Source: Dipteris shenzhenensis (lineage: Eukaryota). From it: a DNA stretch of 64,000 bases. The stretch's first letter is position 1. Every line of letters begins with the position of its first letter. The notes beneath the pieces were generated by a model. The model saw nothing but the letters and a program-made list of their open reading frames with translations. It was not told the DNA's origin and searched no databases. The stretch lies in NCBI GenBank assembly GCA_047967505.1, contig CM106538.1. The stretch is one strand, 5' to 3'. This document shows positions 38,155 to 50,342 of this stretch, one piece after another. The translations under genes and the position numbers were made by a program.

Positions 38155-41143
38155 GACCTTCCTTCTGTACTTCGCTTCATCCACCAGTGGTGATGCATCC
38201 TCGTTTGAGAGCTTCACGTCAACCTCCATAGGGGTGCCAACTGTCTTACACTCAGCCATGCCAAATGCCTTCAGTATCTATCCAGCATACTTCAGTTGTG
38301 AGATGAAGATCTATTTGGGCTCTTGCCAAACTTCAATCCCCAAACAGAAATGCATCAGTCCGAGGTCTATCATTTCAAACTCTCTTCCTAGCAAATGCTT
38401 TGTCTGTGAGATCTTCTCTTCATGGTTGCCTATTATGACAAGGTTGTCCACATAAAGGACCACGATCATACACCTGCCTCCTTCTCTGAAGCTATACAAA
38501 TTTGCATCAGATGGGCTCCTCCTGATCCCATTTTGTAGAAAGTAGGCATCAATCCGGTGGTACCACACTCGTGGGGCCTGTTTCAGCCCGTAAAGTGTCT
38601 TCTTCAGTTTACAAACTTTACCTTTTGAACCGGGGATCACAGAACCTAGTGGTTGTTCCACGTATACCTCCTCCTTGAGATCTCCATTTAGAAAGGCAAA
38701 TTTTACATCCATCTGAAACACGGGCCAACTTTCCTAGGTTGCTAAAGCCAAAACACTGCGAATTGTGGTTAGTCGAGCTATGGGAGCAAAAGTATCCTGA
38801 TAATCAAAACCATGTACCTGTGCGAATCCTTTTGCCACGAGCTGAGCCTTGTACTTATCCAATGTGCCATCAGTACTTGGTCTTGTACACCCACTTGGTG
38901 CCGATTACCTTGAGTTTTGGTGGATGATCCACAAGGTCCCAAGTGTTGTTCTTCATTATGGAGTCATACTCCGACTGCATAGCCTCCATCCACCTATCAT
39001 CACCCTATGCCTCTTCAAGACACTTGGGTTCTTCAGCACAGGTCACCTTTGTCATCAAAGCATAGACCAAATGTTCCTACGCCCTTCTTTGCTCCTCTAA
39101 TCTCTTGGACCAATGGTGTTCAGATGGTTCCTCCTCAATGGCTGGAGGTTCTCTGCTATCCAAAAGCTACTTTACCCACTTTGGGAATGCTCGTTGCCAT
39201 TGTGGTTCCACAGGCTCTTCTTCCTCTTCTTTATCTTGAATTATCCCAAGCACCGTTGGGGGAGTTCGTCTACTATTGGTGATGGTACTGGATGGATATC
39301 CTGGTCCTAGTTGTCTGGGAGGGAAGCATCCTTCTCCAATTGATGCGGCTGTTCTGAGAAGACCACATCGCAACTTACTATTACCTTCTTAGTAATAGGG
39401 TTATAGAGACGGTAACCCTTCGCCTCTTCACTATAGCTCAAGAAAATACACTTTCGGCTCTTCGGTTCCCATTTGGTTCTGTTAGCATCAGGGACATGCA
39501 CAAAATAGTCACATTCAAAAACTCTGAAATGTGCAGTTGAAGGTTTCTTACCAGAAAAGGCCTGAAGTGGAGTCATCCCATTCATAGCCTTCCTATAGCT
39601 ATGATTCAGAATGTCAACTGCCATGTTACATGCTTCAGCCTAGAAAGACTTTGGCAAATCTTTCCCTTTCATCATACTCCTGCCCATTTTGCAGATGATG
39701 CACATCTTGCGTTCTGCTACTCCATTTTGCTGTGATGTACGTGACGGGGGTTTCTGCCTCTTCATCCCATGACTTTTGCAGTAACTTTCGAATTCATTTG
39801 ATCTAAACTCTCCACCTCTGTCTGATCTCAACTTCTTCACCTTCCTCCCTGTTTCTTTCTCGACCATTACATGCCATTCTTTGAACTTACTAAAAGCCTC
39901 ATCTTTAGTCTTCAGGAAGTATATCCATATCCTTCTACTGTAGTCATCGATCAGCATCATGAAGTAGTAGGAACCACCCAAAGCTTCTGTCTCCATCTTT
40001 TCGTAGAGGTCCGTGTGAACGAGTTCTAGAGGATCCTTTGCCCTACTGACCTCTTTAGGAAAGGGCTACCGATGCTGCTTGCCCATCATGCGAGCTTCAC
40101 ATACATTGGGCAGATCTGTAATTTCTGGTAGGTCTGCAATCATTCCACTTTTATGCATCTCCTTTAAAGAACTAAGGTTTAGATGACCAAACCTCTCATG
40201 CCACAGCTTAGTGTTCTTCACATCCGCTCGAGCATTGAAAGCTGAGAGTTCATAGATGTTGTTGCGCCATGTACCTTTACCAATGACCTTTCCTTGAAGA
40301 TCCAAAATCTGTGTGCCATTCTTATCGAATTGGACTTTGATGTCCCGATCCGTGATCATAGAAATGGACAACAAGTTCCTCTTGATATCTGGCACATAAA
40401 GAACATCGGACAACTGTTTTATAGCTCCATCTAACTTGAGAAAAATCGTACCTTTTCCTTTTGCTAGACATTTTGCATCATTGCCGACTGCTACCAGGAT
40501 GTCATTCCCTACCGGCTGTAGAGAGGTATACTAATCCTTCTGACTGGTCATGTGGCATGATGCACCACTGTCAATAATCCAAGGTTCATCTATAGGTACA
40601 TGAACTGCCTCCATGCAAATCTCCTCAATTGCTATGAATAGCTCTATTGGTACTGCCTGCGTGCTGTTGCTGGACTCTTTCTTTACTCCATTCTTCTCAT
40701 TTGCAATCTTCTTTCGGCACTCATTTTGCTTGTGCCTTGCCTTGTTGCAATAGAAGCACTTGATCTTCTTCTTTCTCTTTTTATCATCAGAAGAAGATGG
40801 GTTATCAGAGTCCTTACCCTTACCTTTCTTTAATCCAGCATAGAAAGCTGAATCTTCTCCAGTCCTCGTCTTTTGACGCATCTCCTCCTCTAGAAGCATC
40901 GCGTTGAAATCCTCAAAGTTGAGGGGCGAATTTATGTTTAGCGTATTCAGCACCATAACAAGACCATCGTACTTTGGTGGGAGAATCCGCATGCACCTTC
41001 ATGCTAGATTCTCGCTGGTGATGGTGATACCAATCGCAGTCATCTGATCATGTAGATTCTTCACCGTAGTGATGAACTTCTCTGCCGCTTCAGACTCAGA
41101 CAATTTCTCATTCACGAGTTGAGTCTCAAGATTCTGATTGCTA
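38155..41143 (-). mobile_element. Ty1/Copia internal fragment C (gag C-terminus to RT)
   Basis: CFYCNKARHKQNEC, WIIDSGASCHMT, LWHERFGH, LRSDRGGEF, QMDVKFAFLNG, LYVDNL. Confidence 0.92.
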
Positions 41144-41640
41144 TAGTTTGCTGATGCCTTGGGATGGCTGATAAAAGAATAGGTGACTATAGGAGAAATC
41201 AATGGTATAAACTCCCCTCAGGAAAGAAGCTGGTGAGCCAGGAATTTGCAGATGATACTACCCTAACAATCAAAAACACAGATGTAGACATACAAAGAGC
41301 TATGGACTGTATGGATATATTTTGAAATGCATATGATTCAAAAATAAATCACTCCAAAACAGGTTATGCATTATTATCTAGTGATAACCTAAACCTTTTA
41401 GACTAGCTTGGATGCAAGAAGTTTCCCCATGGTCAGATATTCAGGCTACTAGGTATCCCTATGGGGTTCAATGTTAAGATGAAAGATAGATGGGAGTGGT
41501 TCCTAGAAAAGTTCAAAAAGAAAATAGACAGTATTAGGGGATTGCAGGCAAACCTGGCAAGGATAAGGGTAGTGCTAAATCACTGCATTTATCCAATTGC
41601 CATTTTGGACCAAGAATATCATAATTACAATGACAGGTAT
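41144..41640 (+). mobile_element. L1-type LINE reverse-transcriptase fragment
   Basis: FADALGWLI...SQEFADDTTL...SKINHSKT...FRLLGIPMG; non-LTR RT motif FADD. Confidence 0.8.
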
Positions 41641-43717
41641 CTCAACTTCAAACAGAACTGGAAGAGTACATCCATGAGGCAAGGAGATGCTCCAACTCAG
41701 GAGTGGACATGCAGGCTCAACTCCTCCCTTGACTCTTTCCAGTCAAATTAGAGCTTGCAGACTAGAGTACCTCCATTGGCTACTGTTTCCCTACTACTGA
41801 TCTTTTGTACACATGCCCATTACACTAGTGAATGCCGCTACTATGATGGCTGCCAAAACAATAATTTTTTTTGGGGACATGTAGTTAATTGAAGCACACA
41901 GCCTCTTTCTTGGATAGTCAAGGATGCAGCTTGGGATCATAGTATGTGGCATAGCCCACCTTCAATAAGGACATCAACTCTTGAGTATATTTTACAAGTT
42001 TTGCTTTTTCCCAATACTAGACAGTGGTTTTCTTGTATGCAGTTATTCCTATCTAGAGGAGAACATTTTGTCAAGTTTTGACACCATTGAACAAATCATA
42101 TGATTAGAATATAATCAAAATTTCTTTGCCCAAAAATGGACAAAACAACACTGCCCAAGATCTGTGATGGACCAAAAAACAGAACAATTTTAGTGTTTTG
42201 TACAAGCAATGCACATGCAAGTATGGAAAGGATGTTGAAAGGTAGCTATGAGCAAGGCGAAGTAGTTTGTGATGGTTCAATCATTGTCGTCATTGCCACC
42301 AATGGAAATAGGCTTGATTGATGTGGGGTCAAATGGTGCAATGGACAGCTGTGATTGATTACACAACATACCATGTTGACAATTAAGTATCTCATCTGCA
42401 TTGCTATAGAAAGTTGTTATCAAATCCGAATTGCTACCACAAGGTACTATAGGCAAAGAATGTCAAGCAAAAGCTAGGAAAGCACTGTAACCAAAGACCA
42501 TTAGGCAAAAGTTGGAAAATGGTGTAGGAGGCTTCCTTGAGAGGATGTCCCACATGGGGAAAGGGAAGGGAACCAAAAACCGTAGAAGCACCCCCAAGTA
42601 AGGTAATGAGAGGAGCATGCTTGGGGCACTAAAAGAGAGACATGGTCTCTAGATAACTCGATTTGACACTCCAGCTCGTCTTGAAATATGGGCGAAAACT
42701 GTGCCAATGAGTAAATTGGCTTAATGCAAGAAAAGTTCAGTTGTCTTGCATCCAATATATCGATGCCCTTTGGTTTGCTACTATAAGTTGAAGGATTTCT
42801 TTCTACTTTGTGCAGTGGAAATCTGTTGTAGGAGCATGAAGGGATGAAAGCTATTGGGCAACAGCAATCAATAAGAACCTATTATGAAAAGTGGGAAAAT
42901 ATCATGAATGTGGGACTCTACAAATTGGTTGAGTACAAAAGAAATGTTCCTTTTATGCACGTTTTGTTCAATGGATTTTGGTTGAAATTCTCAATGTTGC
43001 ACTTATATCTTAGGAATGTCTTGTAGGCTTTCTATCAACTATGACTCCACTGAGCCGATCCAAACTAGTCTCTCTTTAGCCCTCTCTTGTCCACCCCTCT
43101 GATCTCCAAACTCTCACTGCCCATCCCATTTTGCTAAATTTCCACTAAGCCTGGTGCCGCATCATCACGGAGTCCACTAATTATCCGGTGGACGATGACG
43201 TGATGCAAATTGCTAAGCCCAAGGAACTCAGCCTGTGGGTCTGCACCCTCGAAAGTCTACAAGCCAACACTAACTGGATGCAAACCTATGGTCTAATCTC
43301 TGCAATACAATCTCAAGGGCATCTTGCAGCATACCAGTCCACCACCTACAACCCCTCGGCATTATAATCCTCTTCAACTGGGTGCTACAAGCTCTCCAAG
43401 ACTCAGTTGAGTCCTTGGTGAGCAATTTTGAAAAAATACATGTAGCATATCCCGAGGAACTAGCCGAGGAGGAAGGCCAAGAAGCTATTACAATATTTAA
43501 TTCTACCACTCCACCTGCCAAAATCCCACAACCACCTCCACTCGAGATTCCTATAAGAAAATAATACAACGTATGTGCTTAATAGATAACAGGATCTCGT
43601 ATGCAAGAGAGAAAAGCAGATAGTATGGAGAATCAAAAATTTGATTACTGTAAAACTGATACAATAGATGGTGCTGCCTCCCAGTCGTGCACTCCTGTGA
43701 GAGAAGCTTCGATGGCA

Positions 43718-45415
43718 TGTTGGAAATAGTCTCAGGGGGGTCACTATGTATAAACCCTCTATATCACGTGCGTTCAAGGCCTATATTTAAAATCCCTTAT
43801 CTGTAAATTTTTTCATTAATAAAATGTACCCCTTTTCTATACAAATCTGTAAATTTTTTCCAAAACTATTTTAAATAGTCCCTTATGTATATTTATTTCT
43901 GTAAATTTTAGAAATAAAAAATATCCTTCTGTTGAACTCACGTGATAGGGTTACATATGATGAGTGACCCGCCCGAGGAAATAGTAGAGGACGGAGGCAG
44001 GATGCTAAGGAATCAGGGTTGCTGTAGCCAGTGATGAAATGGGATTCATGGGCTTGCTCTTATATAGCCACCACTTGTAGTCGGTTAGACCCAATTGGGT
44101 GACCGCCGACCCAGCCTGCCCAAAACGGCTGACTAGGGATCGGTCCCGAAATAGGCCACTGACCACATGATAGAACCGGTGCACAAAATAGAGCAATTGA
44201 CCTATGGTCATTATTCGGCCCATAGCCATCCAGGATCATCTAGGGCTCCAAACGGGCCTCACAACTCGAGAGTGGGCTACCTCGAGAAATGCTCCATTTA
44301 CCCTGAGTGCGGTCAGTCATGGGATGCCTTCTCGCACTTGCATGTAGCCTAGTTGGTAGTGTGCTAACTCTATTTGAAGCCGTCTAGCCATCAGGCCACA
44401 CATGGCCCCCATCTAGTGTCCAAACCAGGACCTACCAGATAACCGAGCTACTCAAATGCCTTCTCCTCATATGGGGGGCTTACAAGTAGAGTTAGCTAGT
44501 TCCCGCGTAGTTACACAAGAGTGGAGCATTGATATCTAACACCCCCCCTCCATGTCCACCTGCAAGTGAACTTACTTTTTCGGCCCAATGCCAAGTCGAT
44601 GAAGATGCCTCTCTAGCAAGTCTCTTCCAAGAGCCTTCGTGAAGATGTTCGCAGCATTCTCTGTAGTCAAATAGTACACCAAGTAGACCTCTCCATCCAT
44701 GATGAGCTCGCTACAAAGTGATATTGAATCTCAATGTGTTTTGTGCGAGCGTGGAACACAGGGTTCTTTGCAATCACCATGCAACTCTGATTGTCACATG
44801 ATAACTGTGTAGGCTTGTTCTACACTGCACCCATGTCCCCTTAGATCCTCCTCAACCACAGTGCCTCACAAGAAGCAAAACATGCTGTTTTGTACTCAGC
44901 CTCAGTAGAAGAAAGAGCAACTGTGGGTTGCTTCTTGTTGACCCATGACACAGCTCCAGATCCAAGTGAGAAACAGTAACCTGTCACTAACCTCCTGCTG
45001 TCCACGTCTCCTGCTCAATCCGAGTCACAGAATCTGGTTAAGATGTTACCCTTGGTATAGGTGATGCCATAATCAAGTGTGCCTTTGATGTATTTCAGCA
45101 GCCGCATCCCTGCCATCCAATGGTTTTCCCGCGTCTTATTGGAAAACCTGCTTAGTACACCAGTCGCAAAACTGATGTCCGGCCGCATATTGCACAAGTA
45201 AATCAAATTGCCCACAAGCCTTTTGTACTTTGCTTCATCCACCAGTGGTGATGAATCCTTGTTTGAGAGCTTCACATCAACCTCCATAGGGGTGCCAACT
45301 ATCTTGCATCAGCCATGCCAAATGCCTTTAGTATCTCTCCAGCATACTTCAGCTATGAGATGAAGATCTATTTTGGCTCTTGCCAAACTTCAATCCCCAA
45401 ACAGAAATGCATCAG
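43718..45415 (-). mobile_element. 3' end of a Copia of family C: RT end, RNase H, PPT and LTR (43718-44541, carrying MITE copy 2)
   Basis: YKRLVGNLIYL...[41 protein letters not shown] (44550-44542) abuts TGTTAG; the other LTR end reads TGTTGG at 43718. Confidence 0.85.
43731..43977. mobile_element. 247-bp MITE, copy 2
   Basis: Near-identical to 8685-8931. TIR CTCAGGGGGGTCACT..AGTGACCCGCCCGAG; 8-bp TSD GAAATAGT (43723-43730, 43978-43985). Confidence 0.95.
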
Positions 45416-45449
45416 GAGCACATCATACACATGCTAGATACAACACTTC

Positions 45450-46435
45450 AGTGGTGCCTAAACCAGCCCAGTGTTGTTTGTGATTGAGCTTTGGGATAGT
45501 TTACTTGTTTCTTTTCTTAAACTAGGCTTGGACTAAATAAGATTGTCCTAAACCATCCCGGTGGTTGAACATCATGCAAACGTAGGCTGGTTCAACTCAA
45601 TTGCCAGTGATGTGATTGTCCTAAACCAGCGTGGTTGAACATACATTAGTTGTTGTCTAGCTCGGTGGCATGGTTGAGCAAAAATTAACAACAATATATT
45701 TCACAATATATTGTTATTTTACTAAACCAGTCTAGTGGTTGAAACATCATGCAACCGTGGCTGCTTCAACTGAATCACTAGTTATGTGATTATCCTAAAC
45801 CAGCATGGTTGAACAGACATTAGTTATTGACCAGCCCGGTGGTTGAAATTATTGTGTTTCTTAGTACTTAAATTTGTTAAATTTAATTTCCTACTATTCG
45901 AGTCATATATCACTGTTAAATTGTGGAATTCAGAAATGAAAAGCAATATATTGTTATTTTCTGATGGTGAAATTCAGCAATGGAAAAAAATATACTTGTT
46001 ATTCTCTAATATGTGAAGTTGAGATATACTTCTTATTGTCTAATATGTCCAACATGGTTGAATAGACATTAGTTGTTGTCCAGCTCGATGGCATGGTTGA
46101 GCAAAAATTAACAGCAATATATTTCACAATATATTGTTATTTTACTAAACCAGCCCGGTGGTTGGAACATCATGCAACTGTGGTTACTTTAGCTCAATCA
46201 CCAATTATGTGATTGTCTTGAACCAACATGGTTGAATAGAAATTAGTTGTTGACCAGCCCAATGGTTGAAATTATTGTGTTTCTTAGTACTTAAATTCGT
46301 TAAATTTAATATCCTGCTATTCAGGTCATATACCACTGTTAAATTGTCGAATTCAGAAATGACAAGCAATATATTGTTATTTTCTAATGGTGAAATTCAG
46401 AAATAAAAAGAAATATACTTGTTATTGTCTAATAT
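45450..46435. repeat. AT-rich tandem repeat (~423-bp unit, ~2+ copies) with recurring AACCAGCCCGGTGGTTG motifs
   Basis: TGGTTGAA..ACATTAGTTGTTGTC..GAGCAAAAATTAAC recurs at 45632 and 46055. Confidence 0.85.
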
Positions 46436-46436
46436 G

Positions 46437-49400
46437 TGTGAGAGTGCTCTCAATAGAATTAAGAACAGAAGAGGGAGAGAGAGAAACAGAGAGCCACAGA
46501 GGAGCCACACAAGTTTTAGTGGGTGCTGAACACCCTAATCTTCTTTTTCATTCATTTATATATGTGTTTGAGTATTGTACATAACTGGGGTAAGGGCACA
46601 GTGACCTTTAACCCCCACAACCTCCCACTTAAAGGACAATGTGCCTTCAAGGGAGAACAACCAGTGAGCATACTATCCAATGCCAATCAATACACGACAA
46701 TACTCAAACCGCTGACTAGGTAGACTCTTCGTCAGCATATCTGCAAGGTTATCATCTGTATGAACCTTGACAAGCTCTATGCGCTTGTCCTCAAGTACCT
46801 CCCTGATGAAATGGTACCTGACCTCAATGTGTTTGGTCTTTGCATGAAAGACCGAATTCTATGCTAGTTGAATAGCACTCATGGAATCACTATGCAATGT
46901 CGGTATACCTGTATGAATCCCCAAATATCCCACTAGCCGATCAAGCCATATAGCCTCCTTGCAACCCTCTGTGGTTGCAACATACTCAGCCTCTGTGGTA
47001 GACAAAGCAATGCACTTCTATGCACGAGACATCCACGACACTGTACCACCTACAAAGCTGAACACATAACCAGAAGTGGATGTCCTACTATCCACATGCC
47101 ATGCATAGTCTGAATCTGTGTACCCAAGTACACGCATGTCTCCTCTACCAAAGCAAATACACATCTCCTTGGTCTTCATGTACCTCATGGTGCACTGCCT
47201 CCCAATGCCTCTAGATTAGCCATATACCGGCTAACAAACTCCCACTGCAAATGCAATGTCTGGTCTAGTAGCTATCATAGCATACATAAGACTCCCAACT
47301 GCTGATGCATAAGGAACCTTGGCCATCATGGCCCACTCCTCATCTGATTTGGGACTATTTGTATGACTCAGTTTCACATATGGAGGCAATGGAGTACTCA
47401 TCGCCTTCCCCTTTCCTACTCCGATCACGCGTGATGCACATACCAAGAATATGATCTGCAAGTCCCAAATCCTTCATATCAAAGGCCTCATGCAACTTGG
47501 CATCTAATGCCTCTGGCTCATAAGTATTCTTGCTAGCCAATAGCATATCATCCACATATAGTGCCATGATTATCAGGCTATTATCCTTAGCCCTTTTAGT
47601 GTAGAGGCAGTGATCAATTTCACTCCTTCCAAAACCCAAGGACCGAATGAAAGCATCAAACTTCTGATACCATTCTCTAGGCACTTGCTTAAGACCATAG
47701 AGGCTCTTCTTCAGCTTGCAAACTAAATGCTCTTTGCCCTTTTCTTCAAAGCCTTTCGGCTGCACCATGTAAATTTCCTCATGCAGATCCCCATGCAAGA
47801 AAGCTGTCTTGACATCCATTTGCATAAGCTCCATATCTTTTGCTGCCACTAGTCCAAGCATGCATCTAATGGTGGTCATCTTCACAACTGGAGAGAATAT
47901 CTCATCAAAGTCCACACCCTTCTCTTGCTTGAACCCTTTAGTGACTAAACGGGCCTTGTACCTAGGCAAATCATCACCTGTGACCTTCATCTTGTAGACC
48001 CATTTACATGGCAATGCTTTCTTTCCATGTGGCAAAGAAACCAAGTCCCAAGTCTTATTCTTCATAAGTGAACTCATCTCTGATTGCATAGCACTCCCAC
48101 TTGTGTTGATCCTCATGCATCATAGCTTCTCTGTAGCAAGAAGGTTCCCCGCAATCAGTAAGCATCACATAGTCTACCCCTGGAACAAACCTATCAGGTG
48201 GTTTAGACACTCTAGATGATCTTCTCAACGGCATTTCAGCTTGCTATCCCACCCTGTCCCACCTGCATATCAGCCATATTTGGCTCATCATTTCCACCAA
48301 TAGATAATCCATCATCTACCCTTGATTGTATACTTGTGGTAGTACTTGGTGGTACCATTTCTTGCACATTTGGTGCATGGACAGCTTGCTATCTATCAAC
48401 ATATGCAGGTGGATTCACATCCTGGAAAGTGATTCTCCTCATTTCCACATCCCTCATGGGTGCCTTATGCATCTTCTTCTCATTGAAGACTACATCATGG
48501 CTGCATATGATCTTCTTTTCTTTTGGATCCTGGAGATGATAGCCCATCTCTCCACCTTCACCATAACCTAGAAAGATGCATTTCCTAGACTTAGGATCTA
48601 GCTTTTTTTGAGGCTTTTTTGGCACATGTGCATATGCCTCACACCCAAATATACACAAATAAGAGTAAGAGGGCTTCTTGTCACTTCATGCCTCTTCAGA
48701 AATACCACCATCCAAACTCTTACCAAGTGATCTATTGATCACATGCATTGCAGTCTTCATTGCCTCAGCCCAAAAACCACCACAAATACTTGCATTGGAA
48801 AGCATGCATTGCAACCTTTCTTGAATGGTACGATTCATCTTTTCTGCAACTGGATTTTGCTCTGGAGTATGAGGGGATGTGAGCTCCCTCTTAATCCTAC
48901 GTGTATCACAGAAATGCTGAAAGTCATGAGAGAGATAATCTCCACCATTGTCAGTTCATAGGCATTTAAGCATTCTACCTTACTGATTCTCAACCAAGGC
49001 CATCCATTTCTGAAATACCTGGAAACATCACTCTTCCAAGCTACGGCATAAGCCCACACTTTCCTAGTTGCATCATCAATGAATGTCACATAGTATTCAG
49101 CCCCGCTTAATGACCGTGTAGGCATGGGACCACGTAGGTCTGAATGCACCAAATCAAGATTTTCAAACTCTTTCTTTCCACTTCTTTTATGGGCTGACTT
49201 AGTCTGCTTCCCATAGAGACAGTGCTCAAAAAAATCAAAATCAGAAAAACTCAAATGCGGTACATATCCCAAATGGCATAAGAGTTTTATTCCATTCTGG
49301 CTCATGTGCCCCAACCTACAATGCCACAAAGAAGTACTTAGCTGCTCGGTTATTGCAACAACATGATCAAACACCTCTGATACATGTAAGGGATACAAAG

Positions 49401-49496
49401 TCCCACACTTGGCACCCCTAGCCAAAAGCATAGAGCCCTTCTGAATTTTCCAACTCTGAAAGCCAAAAGTGGTGTGAAAACCAGCATCATCTAGCA
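46437..49496 (-). mobile_element. Ty1/Copia element D, 3' part (pre-integrase, INT, RT, RH, PPT, ~183-bp LTR 46437-46619)
   Basis: LDDAGFHTTFG..LWHCRLGHMS..FIDDATRKVW..YKARLVTKGFKQ..LYVDDML..IALSTTEAEY. PPT AGTGGGAGG next to TGTGGGGG. Confidence 0.9.
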
Positions 49497-49979
49497 GCGA
49501 CGAAGATATTCTAATTCCTTGCAGCCAAAGGTTTGCCCCTTTGAGATGTATCTCCAGTAGGAAGGGCTTGGAGAATGGCAGAGAAACAGAGGAGAACAGG
49601 CTTTAGCAAGATTTGGGAAGAAGGAGAAGAGATGGTGAAGAAGAAGATGGAGAAGAAGATGATGATGTGGTAGAAATGGGATCAAGGGGGATCAAACAGC
49701 TCTGATACCATGATGGTAAATTGAAAGGAAAGAATAGAGTGAACACAAACTCAGAATACTTGCATATAGGATGAAGAAGAGTGAGGTCATTATGTAGGCA
49801 CCTCTTACATGCTCACTGACATCACTGATGACTTCAGAGCTCCACAATCATCTCCTCAATCTGCTCTTAGATTCTCTCAATCATCCTATGTGGCTTCTAC
49901 CACCACCTAACTGTGCCTCTAGCACTCATACATAGAAGCCAAGGTGTGCCTGAGTCATACACCTTGAGATATCCCAACA
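49497..49979 (-). mobile_element. Copia-like element E, 5' half: 269-bp 5' LTR (49711-49979), PBS and leader/gag start
   Basis: LTR TGTTGGGATATC...TACCATCA, homologous to 57036-57324 on the opposite strand. PBS TGGTATCAGAGC at 49710-49699. Confidence 0.9.
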
Positions 49980-50342
49980 TTGTTATCTGCTTGTTGTACC
50001 AGTGAGCGCTTTGTATCTCATCTTGTTCTTGAAAAGAATAGTTTTCTGCAAAATCTACGACAGATACAATAGTGGATTGAACCACGTGACCTATAAGCTC
50101 CCTTGGCTGGGTGCTCTTATATGAGAGTAGCCATCTCTTTTTATCGAATCCTTTGACATTGACATTTTAAAATCTCCTCCATTTTAGAGCAACGTGGTTG
50201 TCTTCCCTTATTTCATTTGGACAGACATTAAATGTCTTCTTCTTTAGCTTCAAACTGCAATGCTTGCATGTGCAACAAATGCATTCAATCCTATGCCACT
50301 CACGGTCTCCCTTTGGACAAACCATTGGCTCCCACAGAGACC
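49980..50342 (-). pseudogene. Sola2-like DDD transposase, N-terminal fragment
   Basis: SLWEPMVCPKGDREWHRIECICCTCKHC...VVDFAENYSFQEQDEIQSAHWYNKQIT, cut by LTR E. Confidence 0.65.

Noticed and set aside
41700-43700. Possible further LINE or host-gene fragments
   Set aside because: Only weak hints (e.g. YLGV-like on minus near 42590); not enough to support a call.
46437-49979. A single intact Copia from LTR 49711-49979 to LTR 46437-46619
   Set aside because: The two LTRs are unrelated, and gag/PR are missing at a sharp junction (~49495). It is a chimera of D and E created by the inversion.
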